DNA from: the human T2T-CHM13v2.0 reference genome, Homo sapiens
Length of the DNA: 64,000 nucleotides
Reading direction: 5' to 3' (one strand)
Assembly: GCF_009914755.1 (NCBI RefSeq)
Contig: NC_060929.1
The notes below the pieces were generated by a model. That model worked only from the letters and a program-made list of their open reading frames with translations, searched no databases and had not been told where the DNA came from. Of the stretch, positions 38,620-51,573 are shown piece by piece; the first letter of the stretch is position 1, and each line of letters begins with the position of its first letter. The position numbers were made by a program, and so were the translations under genes.

Positions 38620-39340
38620 AATTCTACTGCCTCGAATCCACTGAAACAACTTGTGCTAAGATCACTAGTATTTTCCTAATCCTCAAACTCAATGGATACT
38701 TTGCATTTATTATCTTAATTGAATTCTCTGGACCATATGGCATTGTGCAAATGTGGGTCGCTGTCTCCACGTTGAAACTCTTTTTCCTTTGCTGAGGTAT
38801 TGTAGAATAGACTAGGGTACAGATTCTGGAATCAGATAAATTTAATTCCAACCTCACCACTTTCTAGTTGGTAGTCTTAGGGAAGTTACTTGAATTTCCT
38901 GTGCCTCAGTGTCCTCATCTTAAAAATGAATATAATATAACTTATTTTATAAGATTATTGTATTAGTTGATTTACCTTATGCACAATGCTTAAACAGAGC
39001 TCTTCCACATAGATGGCATTCAGTAAATATTAGCTTAATTATTCATAACACCATTTTCCTTCCTTATTTGGATCATTGTCTCACAGTCTCCTTCACTGTT
39101 ACTAATTCCTCTGCCTAGCCTATAAAACCAGTGTCCTTGTCTCTTCTTGTTGTACATAATCACCTTAGATGATCTCTTTTACCTCAAACCTTCACGTACA
39201 ATCATTAGGTGAAAGCTTCTTAAATCTCGGTGTCCAGCCAGACCTCTCTCTTGAGTGCTGAGCTCTCTCTCCAACTCTTTAATGCACAATTCACCCTTGG
39301 TTGCACCATCAATACCTCATATTTAGTATGTCCAAAGAGG
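38620..39340 (+). mobile_element. L2 fragment split by a MIR (MIR ~38795-39040)
   Basis: L2: ccactgaaacaacttgtgctaagatcact, tccagccagacctctctcttgag; MIR: tctggaatcagata..gtgcctcagtgtcctcatc. Confidence 0.7.
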
Positions 39341-40389
39341 AATGCACCAGCCCCTTTCCTGGAACTTCAGCCACCACAGATGACAGCATGCCCCTCAAAG
39401 CAATGTGGTAGGGAAATCAAGGTGTGGGTGTTTAGTGAATGGTGAGTGTTCTCCATCTCAGTTCCAGCAAACGGTGGCTGTGGACAGGCAAAGAGGCTTG
39501 ATTCTGAGTAGGTAGAATTAGCTTAGATTTTTACAAAACTTACTTATAATTGGGAATTCTGTTCTGTAGTAAATAGAGAATTATTGAAAATGTATGATAG
39601 AACAGTTCCTAAAAAATATTGTCACATGTTTCTAGCTCTCATTTCCATGAGCTATAGACTTTACTGACATCAGGGATAATCTCCAGTCTCTTCCTTTGTA
39701 TTCTATGTATCTCTGTCAAGAACAAAAAGTCTGTTGCTCTCGGTTACTCTATGAGTGGCCGGACAAGGTCCAATATATGAATATGAATCTTTTCCACAAT
39801 AGAAACCCAAAAACCAGCTGACCTGACTTCATGCCTCTGAAATCTTTGGTGCAATCAGATAATCCATTTCCAGTTATTGGACATCAAGCTAGTCTGATAG
39901 CTGTTGTTTCATGGCCAGTTATGCTGTGCCATTTTAACTTATACATGGGAGGGTATTTTTCACAGATTTCCTGAGTTATGGTAGTGGTTTACTATCAGTC
40001 ATCTCAATAGATAATAGGTTCCTGTTTCTTCCATCAATATATTCATGTAGAAAAAGTCCTGAGGCCAGGATCCAAAATGTATGTTCACTGGTGATAATTT
40101 AAGTAATCCTACAGAGTTGGCAGGGATGCCTGACAACTCATAGGAAATGGCCTCAAGGCATCTTTGCTTTGTCATCTAGTAAGAAAATGTAACACAAGTC
40201 ATAGAAGGTGTCCTGCCCCAAACCATCACCATAGCACAGGGTATATTAGCACCAGGCAAAAGATTATAACCATTCTGAGTGGGAGTAACGACAGGCACAA
40301 TCATAGTGAGGAAGAGTAATTTCTGACTGTTACATGCCTGACACACAGAATTTACTGAGGAGGAACACTGATATTCATACCACTTCATC

Positions 40390-40505
40390 CAACAACTATT
40401 ATTTTAGCAACTACTATATACCAGACACTCTTCTATACACCAGGAATATACCAATCAACATGCAGACCAAAGTCCCCATGCTTATGTAACTCATACCCTA
40501 TTGCA
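40390..40505 (-). mobile_element. L2 3' end fragment
   Basis: tttagcaactactatataccagacact..aaagtccccatgcttatgtaactca. Confidence 0.6.
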
Positions 40506-42469
40506 CTGAGAAAGGTTTGAGACATGGGAGAAAGGTGGGTCGGAGATTTTTGCTTAGTTGTTTATTGAGACCAAGTTCCTTGATTGTACAACTATGCTCT
40601 AGTATTTTTTAAAAACAGAAAAAAGTAAAGAAAGACACTACACACACACACACATACACATATACAAATACACATAAATATATACCTATTTATGTATATA
40701 TTCATGCATAATCATATATATAATTAACAATACCACTCCCCTCACCCCATATGTGTTTCTATGAGGAAGAAGGTATTCGTTCTCTCAGATGGTTTCACAG
40801 TTGAAAAGCAAAGCAGATGGCTCTTCTAGAGGAGGCAGCTTGCTTGCTAAAATGTCATGGATATACAGAAATAAAACCGAAAATGAAATGAAAGGCAAGA
40901 AAATATTCTCATTTGAATAATGAACTATCTGATGTTTCCTTAGAGCCACACAGCTCAGATAACAAAAAGAAACACTCTCAGACCCTTTGTTCTGCATTTA
41001 CGACAAAACTCAAACCACATGTCTGTCATGTAATAAGCCACTCTGGATCATTTTTTGAAGAATAATAATCATTGTTTGATGGAACCACTTGTAAAACACA
41101 GAAGGCACCCCAGAGAAGCTGGCACTCATAGTAAACTATCCAAGGGATAATTTGTGGCAACAAATGATACACTGAATATTGCATTTAAACTTTAAAACAA
41201 TTGTTCACACACAAAAGAAAACTAATGGCTGAGCTCTCGCTCCACCCCAGCTTCCTGTCACTGTTCATTTTTCAGTTTCCCCATGGTTGAAGGAAGCCCT
41301 TGGGACTTATGGCAGCAGATAGCTCAAAACGATGCCTGTAGAGCTTTTGTAATTATTATTATGTTAAACACATAATTTGGTTGCTTTGTTCTGTGAGTAT
41401 ATGTGCTTATTTCAGCCTCATAATAGTTGCCAGATTCAGCTGTGTGATTTGTATCCTGCAATAAAATGCACCGACCACAAGTTTGCCTTTCTGCACCCAC
41501 GTTTCCACCAGCACTGTGCAAACCAACAATGCCCATTATTGTCTCGGGAGTTTTGCGTAGACCTGAAGTGACAAAGGGGAGTAACTTCAGACAAATCAAC
41601 AGAATGTAATTACAGGTAAGGCGTTTGGCTTTACTCCCCCTAAAGGTCTTTGAGGCCTGGGATAAATTTTGACGCAACAGCAATTGGACTGGCTTTAAGA
41701 TCAGTTGTTTACTTAAATCTATTACATCCAGATTTCACATGAGCCAAGAGACCCACCTGCAAAGCCTGACCAAAGTTTGCTGTCTTTCCAACTACCTCCT
41801 GGGACAGGAAAAATCCCCAGAAAAAGATTAAATGAAAGATACTAGAGATGTGACCTCCAGCACTGTCAGTGTGGACTAGAACCAAGTTGTTAAGGCCCCT
41901 GGGATCTCCATGATAGGAAAGAGGAGCCAACCATTGTATAAACCCTTCTGATTGCCGTCCCACCCTGGGATCCCTCCTCCTCAAGCTTATTCTGAGAACA
42001 AAGCAATTTGCCTGCTGCTTAGAAACAAATCACCCAGGTCTGAACAAACAAAGCAGACACTTCTTTTATGGAGGAGAAGTTGAGAGACCCTAAAAGTACT
42101 GTGAGTTAGAAAGGGAAGAGGTTTAAAAAATTGATGAAATTGTTTTCCCTTAAGAGTAATTTAACTGAATAGTGAGCGGCCAATTGTTAGGATTTGAAAA
42201 CAATTCAGAAGCTATAGAAATCCTTTTGACTGTAACCTCCCTTACCCAGACCTTGGTCTCATGAGAAAGAAAACTTTCTTAGCTTAGAGTCATAGCAGAT
42301 AATGCCTCCACTAAAGTTCCCAGTAAGGGCAGATGAATGAATCAACAGGAAGCAGCCAGCAGTGCTTTGTGCTTTGACAAATCCTGGCTTTCAAACTCAG
42401 GCCTCTCTCCTATATAGTGGAGAAATCAGATAATATATTGAAGAGGTGATCACAACTTAAATTATCAAG

Positions 42470-42828
42470 GAGGCGTAGACAGACATTGGGTGCCTCTGGT
42501 GCAACATCCTAAGAAGGACATGACGTCACCTAGGTAGTCTTCCAGCAGAACACAGAAAAACTAAATCTAATCATGAGGAAACGTCAGAAAAAAATCAGGA
42601 GCATTTTATTTAAAAAATTAGAAGCATTTTATTTAAAAGGGGAGAGAGGCTGGAGGTTTCACAAACGGTGATGTGATAAAAGTCATAGTCACTGAAAAGT
42701 TGAGGAACTCTTGCAGATTAAAGAAAATTAAAGAGATATGAAAACTAAATATAATATGTGATCGTAGAGTGGATTCCATATGGAGGGGGAAATGCTATAA
42801 AGAACATGATCAGATCATTGAGAAATTG
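42470..42828 (+). mobile_element. Old L1 (L1ME/MC-type) 3' UTR, cut off on the right
   Basis: aatctaatcatgaggaaacgtcaga; cagattaaagaaaattaaagagatatgaaaactaaat; gctataaagaacatgat. Confidence 0.75.
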
Positions 42829-42829
42829 A

Positions 42830-43122
42830 TCTGGCGGGCTCAGGAGTGAAGCCGCAGACCTTCACGGTGAGTGTTACAGCTCATAAAGGCAGTGTGGACC
42901 CAAAGAGTGAGCAGCAGCAAGATTTATTGCAAACAGCAAAAGAACAAAGCTTCCACAGTGTGGAAGGGGACCCGAGCCGGTTGCCACTGCTGGCTCTGGC
43001 AGCCTGCTTTTATTCTCTTATCTGGCCCCACCCACATCCTGCTGATTGGTCCATTTTACAGAGAGCCGAGTGGTCCGTTTTGACAGGGTGCTGATTGGTG
43101 CGTTTACAATCCCTGAGCTAGA
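42830..43122 (-). mobile_element. LTR12C-like (HERV9) fragment: core promoter, R and part of U5; both termini missing
   Basis: ggctcaggagtgaagccgcagaccttc, gacccaaagagtgagcagcagcaagatttattgc, tctggccccacccacatcctgctgattgg, gtgctgattggtgcgtttacaatccctgagctaga. Confidence 0.93.
43008..43098 (-). promoter_or_regulatory. LTR12 core promoter motifs: two CCAAT boxes, GT/Sp box, GATA site, AATAAAA TATA-like box
   Basis: attgg at 43094-43098 and 43045-43049, ccccaccc 43026-43033, cttatct 43017-43023, ttttatt 43008-43014; activity not shown. Confidence 0.6.
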
Positions 43123-43250
43123 TTGTATTTTTTGTACAGACAAGGTTTCACCATGTTGGCCAGGATGGTCTTGATCTCCTGACCTTGTGATCCACCTGCC
43201 TCGGCCTTCCAAAGTGCTGGGATTACAGGTGTGAGCCACCGTGCTTGGCC
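43123..43250 (-). mobile_element. Alu left arm (AluSc/Sg-like); right arm and tail absent
   Basis: ttgtattttttgtacagacaaggtttcaccatgttggccaggatgg..cttggcc; abuts the LTR12 piece. Confidence 0.9.
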
Positions 43251-43339
43251 TTATAAATTTTTTTAAATGAACTCAGTAATACTATAATAGAGCATTTAGT
43301 AAATGTAAATCAATTTCTAAACTTAATAATTAAGCTTCC

Positions 43340-43480
43340 TTCAAGCCTGTGTCCTTATCCTGGACACCTCATTTCTCTGGGTCCTGGTTTCCTTACAGCA
43401 AAATGGAGATAATAAAGCTACTTTAACTTCTTCAAAGGTTTATATGAGATAATATATGCATCATCAGTGCCTACAGAAGC
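43340..43480 (+). mobile_element. MIR fragment
   Basis: ctcatttctctgggtcctggtttcctt..aaaatggagataata. Confidence 0.65.
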
Positions 43481-43519
43481 GTAGGGGAAATATATCTATA
43501 TGGTTGCATGTATATATCA

Positions 43520-44090
43520 GTATAACTTTTTTACTGTAAGGGACTGAAAACAGAACTCAAAATAGTTTAAAGAGTAAACCATTCATATCTCATTCAACAG
43601 GGTGTTCCAAAACAGCACATTGTACAAGAATAAATATGCTAACCATACTCTTCTTCCTCCTTGCCATCTCCTGCCTGTGTTCCCCATTGGTTAAAGCCAA
43701 CCAGAAGCCAGAGGGCAAGAAATCCATTGACACAGACCATATAGGTCAGCCTTTCAGGGAAAAGCAGGGTGAGAAAAGTGAGTGATGGGTATGAGGACTG
43801 AAGAGAAGATATTTGCTGTAAAGTGGTTTCAGCTTGGTTGACTGAATACGTGACTCAATGACATCAAGGTTCTAGATCCTTGCATTAATCAGTTGCCCAC
43901 AGCTAAACCCTTCCCCCAAAATGGGGGAAAATATTCCTCTCAGTCTGAATGCCCAGTTTAGGTCTCATGCCCAGCCATAATCCAAGGAGTCCTTAGGTGA
44001 ATGCAATGCTCTGATTGGCTTAAGCCGAGGTGCCAGAATCCATCATAGGCAAGGAAATGGGTGAGTTACCATGATAGGATTAGACTGTAG
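43520..44090 (-). mobile_element. Ancient MLT1 (J-O class) LTR pieces, probably nested
   Basis: ccccattggttaaagccaaccagaagccagagggcaag; ttaggtctcatgccca; gctctgattggcttaagcc. Confidence 0.6.
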
Positions 44091-45884
44091 ATTCAACCTC
44101 AAGGTCCACAATAAACATAAAGCACCCATCACAATTCCTGGTACAAAATGGTTACTTAATAAATCTTTTTACCCCTCCTTATTTAACAAGGCTCTGCAAA
44201 GTACTGTTCTTCATTCTGTGGACATTAAAATGCAATACATGATCTCTTCTTTTAGAGAGTTTACAATCCAGATGAAGAAAAAGAGGAATGTTAACAGAAA
44301 AATGTAAAATATAACCTGAGAATACAAGATGGCATGTTAAGTGCCCAACTAGTGGTATAGATATAGAGCATTTAGGATAGTGGTTTCCCAGATATGATCT
44401 ATTGTGGACTGGTGAACAGAGTAAGTAATTCTAAGGGTTTGGGAATTCAAATGCTCACCCAGGATTGACCGTGGGCGCTAGGCTGTAGAGGCAAAGAATA
44501 GCATATACTGTAGTAAAATAAATATGCATCCCAAGCACACACACATGTGCATCTCAGTCATGAAGTGGCCTCTGTGGTCTCTTCTGCAAACTCCATGGCC
44601 TATCATCTCTGTCCCTGCCACCCATGATGGTGTGCCAGTGTTTACATCAGCCCACCAGCAGGAACACAGCAGCCATCTCTTCCAGTGGCTCATTCCTACT
44701 CATGCATGACTATTACAAATGCTCCTAGGCTCCACTTCCACCAACGGCTTCTGTGGAAGTGTTTAGTATTTGGGGATGCCATCCCCCTACCATCACCAGA
44801 GTCTCCCCACGGCTGGTCCTAATCACTGGTGAGCAAGCTTCTTTTTGAGAAATGTATACTCCCATTCATGGCCACAGTATTGGAGTCCTCAGAGCACTCA
44901 GGATCTCCTCAGGTTTCCAGCTGCATGTCCACCCATGACCTGTCTGGGGAAGCCTTGAGAAAGAGGCCTGACCCACTTCTGGAGGTCCTAGGCCCATCAC
45001 AGCCCTAGACTGGGCAGGCTGCAATGAGCTGAAAGCAGTTGGGTTATTTTTACGTCAAAGAGCAAAATATCAAAGAGGAAGTTGAGAGCACTCCACTCTT
45101 CACTATCCAAGTCACACCCCAGCTTACCTGATATCCTGTAACAATTTGCCTCGCACCAAGAAGAAAACAAACTTCCAGCAGCTAGCAAAAAATAATAAAA
45201 TGAAATAAAATATTTTAAAAAATAAAACGATACTAGTATTTGTAAAAATGTTTAGATACAAGCTAAAGTATTACTAAATTCATTGTAGCTTTTTGCTATT
45301 ATACATTTCACTCAAAATTGAAAAAAGAACAGCCATTGTCATAACACAATATCAAAATGCTTTTGTCCTTATAAGATATCAAACTGGAAAAAGTTGAGTC
45401 CCACTGCTTTAAAAGTTCTTAAACTGGAAATGATCATTGCCCTTTTAACCTTTCCCTATGCCGGCATATGATCATATGAGAATCATTTGGGCTGCTTCAT
45501 TCTCATGAGGCTGCTCTGTGGCCTATCCACCTTATGCTGGAGCTTGTCTTAAATCAAGTACTGAGGAAAGGAAGAGATGGTGGCTTGAAGGAGATATTTT
45601 CCCTTAAAAGATTCTGCTGCCACATCCTTCCTGCTCAGCTTCCACCCAGACCACTGGTCTGGCTCACAGAGTATCCCATCTTCTCTCTAGAACACAAAAA
45701 CACCCTGTCGTATGTCTTGGGTTGGAGACTCACCTTGGCAAGGAACTATTTTCTGCCAACCAATCAAGAGCTATAAGTATAAAGTATCTGGGGAAAAATT
45801 TTATTTTCCCTAATTTCACATTCTCAAAAGAGCAAGGTAATGTTTTTCCTGTAGAGACAATATTCTCCCTATTTTATTGTTTCT

Positions 45885-46070
45885 AGAGGATTTGGAATTA
45901 GATAGATTTTTGTCTCAAATCTTGACTGTCACTTACTAGTTGCATGAGCTCAAGCCTTATTTTCCCCATCTGTAAAAATGGGAGATATATATAGACACAC
46001 TTATGATGAAGGATGTGAATTATTTATCTTTATATCATCAAATATATAATAAATACTCAGTAAAGTGTTG
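45885..46070 (+). mobile_element. MIR
   Basis: ggatttggaattagataga..gtcacttactagttg..ttccccatctgtaaaaatggg. Confidence 0.7.
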
Positions 46071-46224
46071 AGCACATGAAAGTAGAATAAACACACATAT
46101 TCCTACATCCCAGCCAAGCTATACCATGCTCTTTTTAAAGTTGTAGTAATGAGACCTTGAGTGGCAAATATGGCTGGGGTGGTTTTGAGTGATCCAGAGA
46201 AGACGTTCTTTTAGGCCGAAAATC

Positions 46225-46620
46225 TCCAGCTATTCTGTTCTTGATACACATCTCAAAGAGGTTCATACACAGATCCAAGGGGACGTGTACAAGGATATGC
46301 GTTACAGCATTATATGTGGTGGCAACGAGTTAGAACAACCTGGTTGTCTATCAAATAATAATGTGGTAGATAAACACCAGGTCTGTAGCTGTTAGAAACA
46401 ACAGGTTCAATATACACATGGCAACACATGAATGTATCTCACAACCATGGTGCTTAGGGACAATAAGTAAAACACAAACCCATTTACATACAGTCATGCA
46501 AAGCAGCAACGCTCATTTTGCAAGAAAAGCACACTAACAAAAGATTCGCAATAAAAGCATTAGAGAATTTGACTACGGGATAGAGAAAAATGACTAACTG
46601 GAATGGAGATAAAAGGAAAT
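46225..46620 (+). mobile_element. L1ME-type 3' fragment
   Basis: acgtgtacaaggatatg..acagcattat..ttagaacaacct..atgaatgtatctcacaacca. Confidence 0.6.
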
Positions 46621-46922
46621 AGATAAAGAAGGAAGGGGAGGCAAGAAAGAAAGAAGGGAGGTAGGGAGGGAAGCAGATCCTTTGCTCTCAACAATGATTA
46701 TTATGTGCCATGAACTGTGGACTGAAAGGTATAATTAATTGTTCCTTCTGCATTTAGGTCAGAAAAGAAGAAAGAAAGAAAAAGAAAGTAAGCCTGTGGA
46801 ATAGTTCTCAAATATTTTCCCTTCCCTCACAGAGGTCCAATAGACTTCCATCAGGACCCTGATCCTCCAGGGCCTGGAGGAGAGGAGAACAGGAGGAAGG
46901 TGCGGGTTCTAGGGTTCTAGAG

Positions 46923-47108
46923 CAGAGATTCTCAACATTGTGCTCTGAGAACCACCTGTATCAGGTACACTGGAGGCTCTGGTTTATGTGCAGGTTAATG
47001 AGTGCCATCCCAAACCTACAAATCAGAACCTCTGGAGGAGAGGCCTGGGAATGCATTTTGACAAACTCCTTAGAAGATTCTCTGTCACCTGAAGTTTGAG
47101 GACCACTG
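46923..47108. mobile_element. MER5A-like hAT MITE
   Basis: cagagattctcaac ... aatcagaacctctgg..gcattttgacaaactcc..aagtttgaggaccactg. Confidence 0.85.
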
Positions 47109-47197
47109 CTGTAGAAGTATACCTCATTCATCTACTTAAATCAGACTGAGTCTTTTCTTAAGCTGAATTCAGATACATATCTTTCTGCCCATTTTTT

Positions 47198-47669
47198 GCT
47201 TTTATTATTATTTTTCATTGACACAATAATTGCACATATTAATGGAGTTCAGTGTAATATTTCAATACATGTATACAATGTGTAATGATCAAATCAGGCA
47301 AATTACCATATTCATCATCTTAAACACCTGTCATTCATTTGTGTTGGGAACATTCAAAATCTGCTCTTCTAGGTATTTAAAAATATACAGTAAATTATTA
47401 TTAATTATATTCGCTACAGAACACTAGCGCTACAGCGCTATAGAACACTAGAACTTATTCCTTCTATATAGCTATAATTGCTTTCTGTTAACGAACCTCT
47501 GGCTATGTGCCCCACGCCCCTTCCCTAGTAACCACAATTCTACTCTCTACTTCTCTGAAATCAACTTTTTTAGCTCCCACATATGAGTGAGAACATGCGG
47601 TACTTGTCTTTCTGTGCCTGGCTTATTTCACTTAACATAATGTCCCCCAAGCACATCCATGTTGCCAGA
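47198..47669 (-). mobile_element. L1MA-type 3' end
   Basis: tgtgtaatgatcaaatcagg; ttttttagctcccacatatgagtgagaacatgcgg; gcttatttcacttaacataatg. Confidence 0.9.
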
Positions 47670-49736
47670 TACATTTTTATAAACTGATTTGTGTTGCCTA
47701 GCTTCAGGCTGCGAACCTCTCAAGTAAGTAGTCATAGAAGCCATCTCCTTTCATTTTTTAACTTATTTGTGTCAGGCAAGATGGAAAAAAGAGGAAAAAT
47801 CAGGCTTCTTGATCAGATGTTATAAAAACAGTGTACCATTCCTTTATACACAAAAGTAAAAAGCAAATTCAAGAAATTAGTTTGCATTGGCACTTCTTGG
47901 GTGCTTTAAATCACTTGACAATGGGAACTGAACATCAGTGAGCTGGTATCTGCTATAATTACACCTACTGTTGCATGTTATTTCTTCTTCCATGGAACAT
48001 ATGGCAACTTTCCAGAAACTTTGTTCTGTTATTATACTGTAATATTCTTCAATGCAGGGGGAAAGAGTATTTTTAAATTTTTTCCCTTTCCTTTGAAATT
48101 ATTTCCCATGCCTTTCATGGACCTTGGTAATGTTCCAAAACTTTTCTAATCAATATAACATTGTAAGCTGTCAGAATGGATTTTCTTCGCTAGAATTTAT
48201 ATGGCACTACACATTTAATATCTGTTCTACATAAATCGTTTTTTGGCATTATTTTCTTGTTTCTTGAGAGTCTTTTTTTTCCAGACCTATTGAATTATCT
48301 CCAATTTTAAAGGCTTTATTAAAGTAGCTCTAGAGTTCCATTTCCGGAAACACTGAACAGCAAAATCTTTTTGACAATTTGCTATCATGTTACTTAGAGA
48401 CTGAGACTCATTCCATTTGCAAAGTGTCTAAAAAGAGGGTATTAGACATTTGAGGAGGATGAACTGCTTTGATCAAACTGGTTAGTACATTCAGTCATAT
48501 AACCAGTGAATTCTGGTAGCAAGCTTGATGATTGGGGAATTGTTTTTTGTTCCTTTAGTATATTGAGTGGTTGCCTTAATGAATTTACGAAAACACTGGG
48601 GTTTTTTTTGGTTGCTTGTTTTTTGTTATTGCCTCATTGTAGTCCATAACCATAAAAATAACCTCTTATTGAACACAAAAATGAAGCTTAACATTGAACA
48701 GTAATGGCAACTCAATAATAAAGCAAATTAAAATGGAAAAAATCTACTCTGATATGTACCAAATAAAATATTATTCTTTATCTAATGTCTTCTTAGCTGT
48801 GCAATTACAATTATGATTCAAGTTCTATACTGTGATATTTCAGCATTATAATAGTTTTGTGTTTTATTGGTTTTTTTTCAAGAACATACGTTGAAAAATA
48901 TATGCAGAATTACATATATTATTTGCATTTATTAATACCGACCAACCAGTGGGAAGATGTGGTAATGGATATGTACTGAAGTTTAAACCACTTACCTTTG
49001 TGCTATTCCTGTATTGTAATATGGAAATGAAAAAAAAGGAAATAAACGTTAAAGACTATGGGATGGCCTAAGAATAATAGAGACCAGCCAGGTCAGTGCT
49101 CATGAGTGAGTGAAAATATTGGTTATTTTGCAAGATGATTCTTTCTGTTAATTTGTTTCTAGGGCTAAATGGCACTATATAAATACATTGAAGTTAGAAT
49201 GCTGACAGAGTGAAAATGTTTTGCTTTCTGAGAATGCCACAGACTATTTCTGAAACATTTAAACTTTGGCATTAACTAAATACATTTTCCAAGCACCTTT
49301 CCTCTATTTGAAAATATGACTACATATAGTCCATATGTTTCTGATTCATTTGCAACTAATTTATCAAAATTGGCAAGACTTATTTGCTAACCACAAGGTC
49401 TAGGAAGCCAGTTTTTTATGTGTGTGTTTTTTTAAAGGTATTCTTAAATTTTCCATTTGGACCACTCAGTTAATTCAGAGGAGATTCAAACTCTGATTAT
49501 GAGAGTTTCTTAAAAAACAGAGAAGCTGTTGAGTGTTTCCTTTCACTCTATTTTTTCTATCTGATCTATTTTGCCAACCTGAGAGACCCTTTTTTCCTTT
49601 AGATGCCCTATTCTCAAGGTAAGTGGAACATGTTCATTGATAATATTAGTAATAACAAATTCAAAAAATATTTATTCTGGATAATGCTTCCATTCCCCAT
49701 GGATCTTATATTCTAACAGAAAAAAAGTTATTATTA

Positions 49737-50075
<339 letters not shown>

Positions 50076-50294
50076 AGAAGTCAACTGTATAATACATTCA
50101 GTGCATTTACTTTTAGTTTCTTTCATACTTAACTGACACTGTGTTTCAGGACACGTCTTTTACGTAAACTTTCCCCTGAAGACCCAATACAGAGACCGAA
50201 CCTGCACATTAGCAATTAAACACTTGAATATCTACACATCAATCTATCTGTTAATTAATCAGTTAAATATTGCAGTTGTATTTCTCGTATTATC

Positions 50295-50440
50295 CAATCT
50301 CCCAAATGCACCTAATCATAAACTTACCTGGGCATTTATTTAACACACAGAATCCCAGGTCCCTGCTCTGGAGGCTGGGGACTGTGCATGTTTAAATAAT
50401 ACCTCAAAGTAATTCTTAGCAATCTGGAACCCATAGACAC
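50295..50440. mobile_element. MER5-like hAT remnant
   Basis: acctgggcatttatttaacacacagaatcccagg..catgtttaaataatacctc..aattctt. Confidence 0.5.
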
Positions 50441-50996
50441 CGTGCTGGCTAATTATACTTTCTGTTACACAGAGTTCTCATATGACCCTGATTTCAGGTC
50501 ATTTTCATCTTTTCAACAATGATAATGTTTTCAATGTGCAATTATATGTGACAACATTTAAACATCATAAGACCTTTCCTGCTAATATATTTACCAACAG
50601 AAAAATTTTCTGTCACACTACTTGTCATAATTTTTCCTTCAGAAAAAGGATCTTTATAATATTAAGTGTGGTCTCTTTCCTTAAGAAGATTGAATGTGCT
50701 GTTTAGAAAGGAGACAGCAAATGATGGTGACAGCCACAACCTATTTTTGGGAATTTTGGGGCAGGTCATTTAATCTATTTGAAGTTTATCTGGATTTTAA
50801 GGAAAATATCAAAATTGGAAATAAGTTTTATATTATTTGAAGACAAAGCAACTCTTTATGTCATTGCTTTGATTTTTTTTGTCAAAATATTTTATTTTTA
50901 TTTTAGGTTACACCACAAAAAGGGTTAAATGTATATATTTACATTTATGAAATGGAGCATGGATTAAAACAGATTGAAAAGTATTAGTTTAAAAGG

Positions 50997-51572
50997 TGTA
51001 TTCATTTTCTATCGTCATAGCTAATTACCACAAATGTTAATTAATGTTAACAAATGTTAATTAATCAGTTAAATATTTCAAAGAACACACACTTATAGTT
51101 TCTGTGAGTCAGAAATCTGGGCACAATTTAGTTGGGTCTTCTGGTCAAATACTAACCAAAACCTCAATGAGATCTCATAAGGCTGCATACAATGTATTGG
51201 TTTGATTTGAAGACTTGGCTAGGGAAGAATCTACTTCCAAGCTCATTCCGGTTGTTGGGATAATTACTTTCTTTGTGGTTGTGTGACTGAGAAGTCCTTG
51301 CTTCTTACTGGCTGTCAGCTGAAGACTGCCTACAGTTCCCAGCCCTCTCAATAGGCAGCTCATACCATGGCTGTTTGCTTCTTCAAGATCAGCAGGAGAA
51401 TATCTCTCTCCAGTCCACTAAGACAGGGTCTTACATAACAAGACAATTACAGGGGTGCTATCCCATCACCTCTGCTATATCGTATTGGTTAAAGGCAGAT
51501 CTCAGTTTCCATCACTCAAGGGGAAGGCACGATATACTAGGGCTGTGAATCATTAGCGATGACCCTAGGGCA
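50997..51572 (-). mobile_element. MLT1E/F-like MaLR LTR
   Basis: tgtattcattttctat; agtttctgtgagtcagaaatctgggcac; tcccatcacctctgctatatcgtattggtt..actcaaggggaagg. Confidence 0.85.
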
Positions 51573-51573
51573 T

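Noticed and set aside
44378-45410. GC-richer block followed by an A-rich tract, possibly a processed pseudogene or an LTR inside a hAT element
   Set aside because: No recognisable protein, no TSD, and I could not assign a family with confidence
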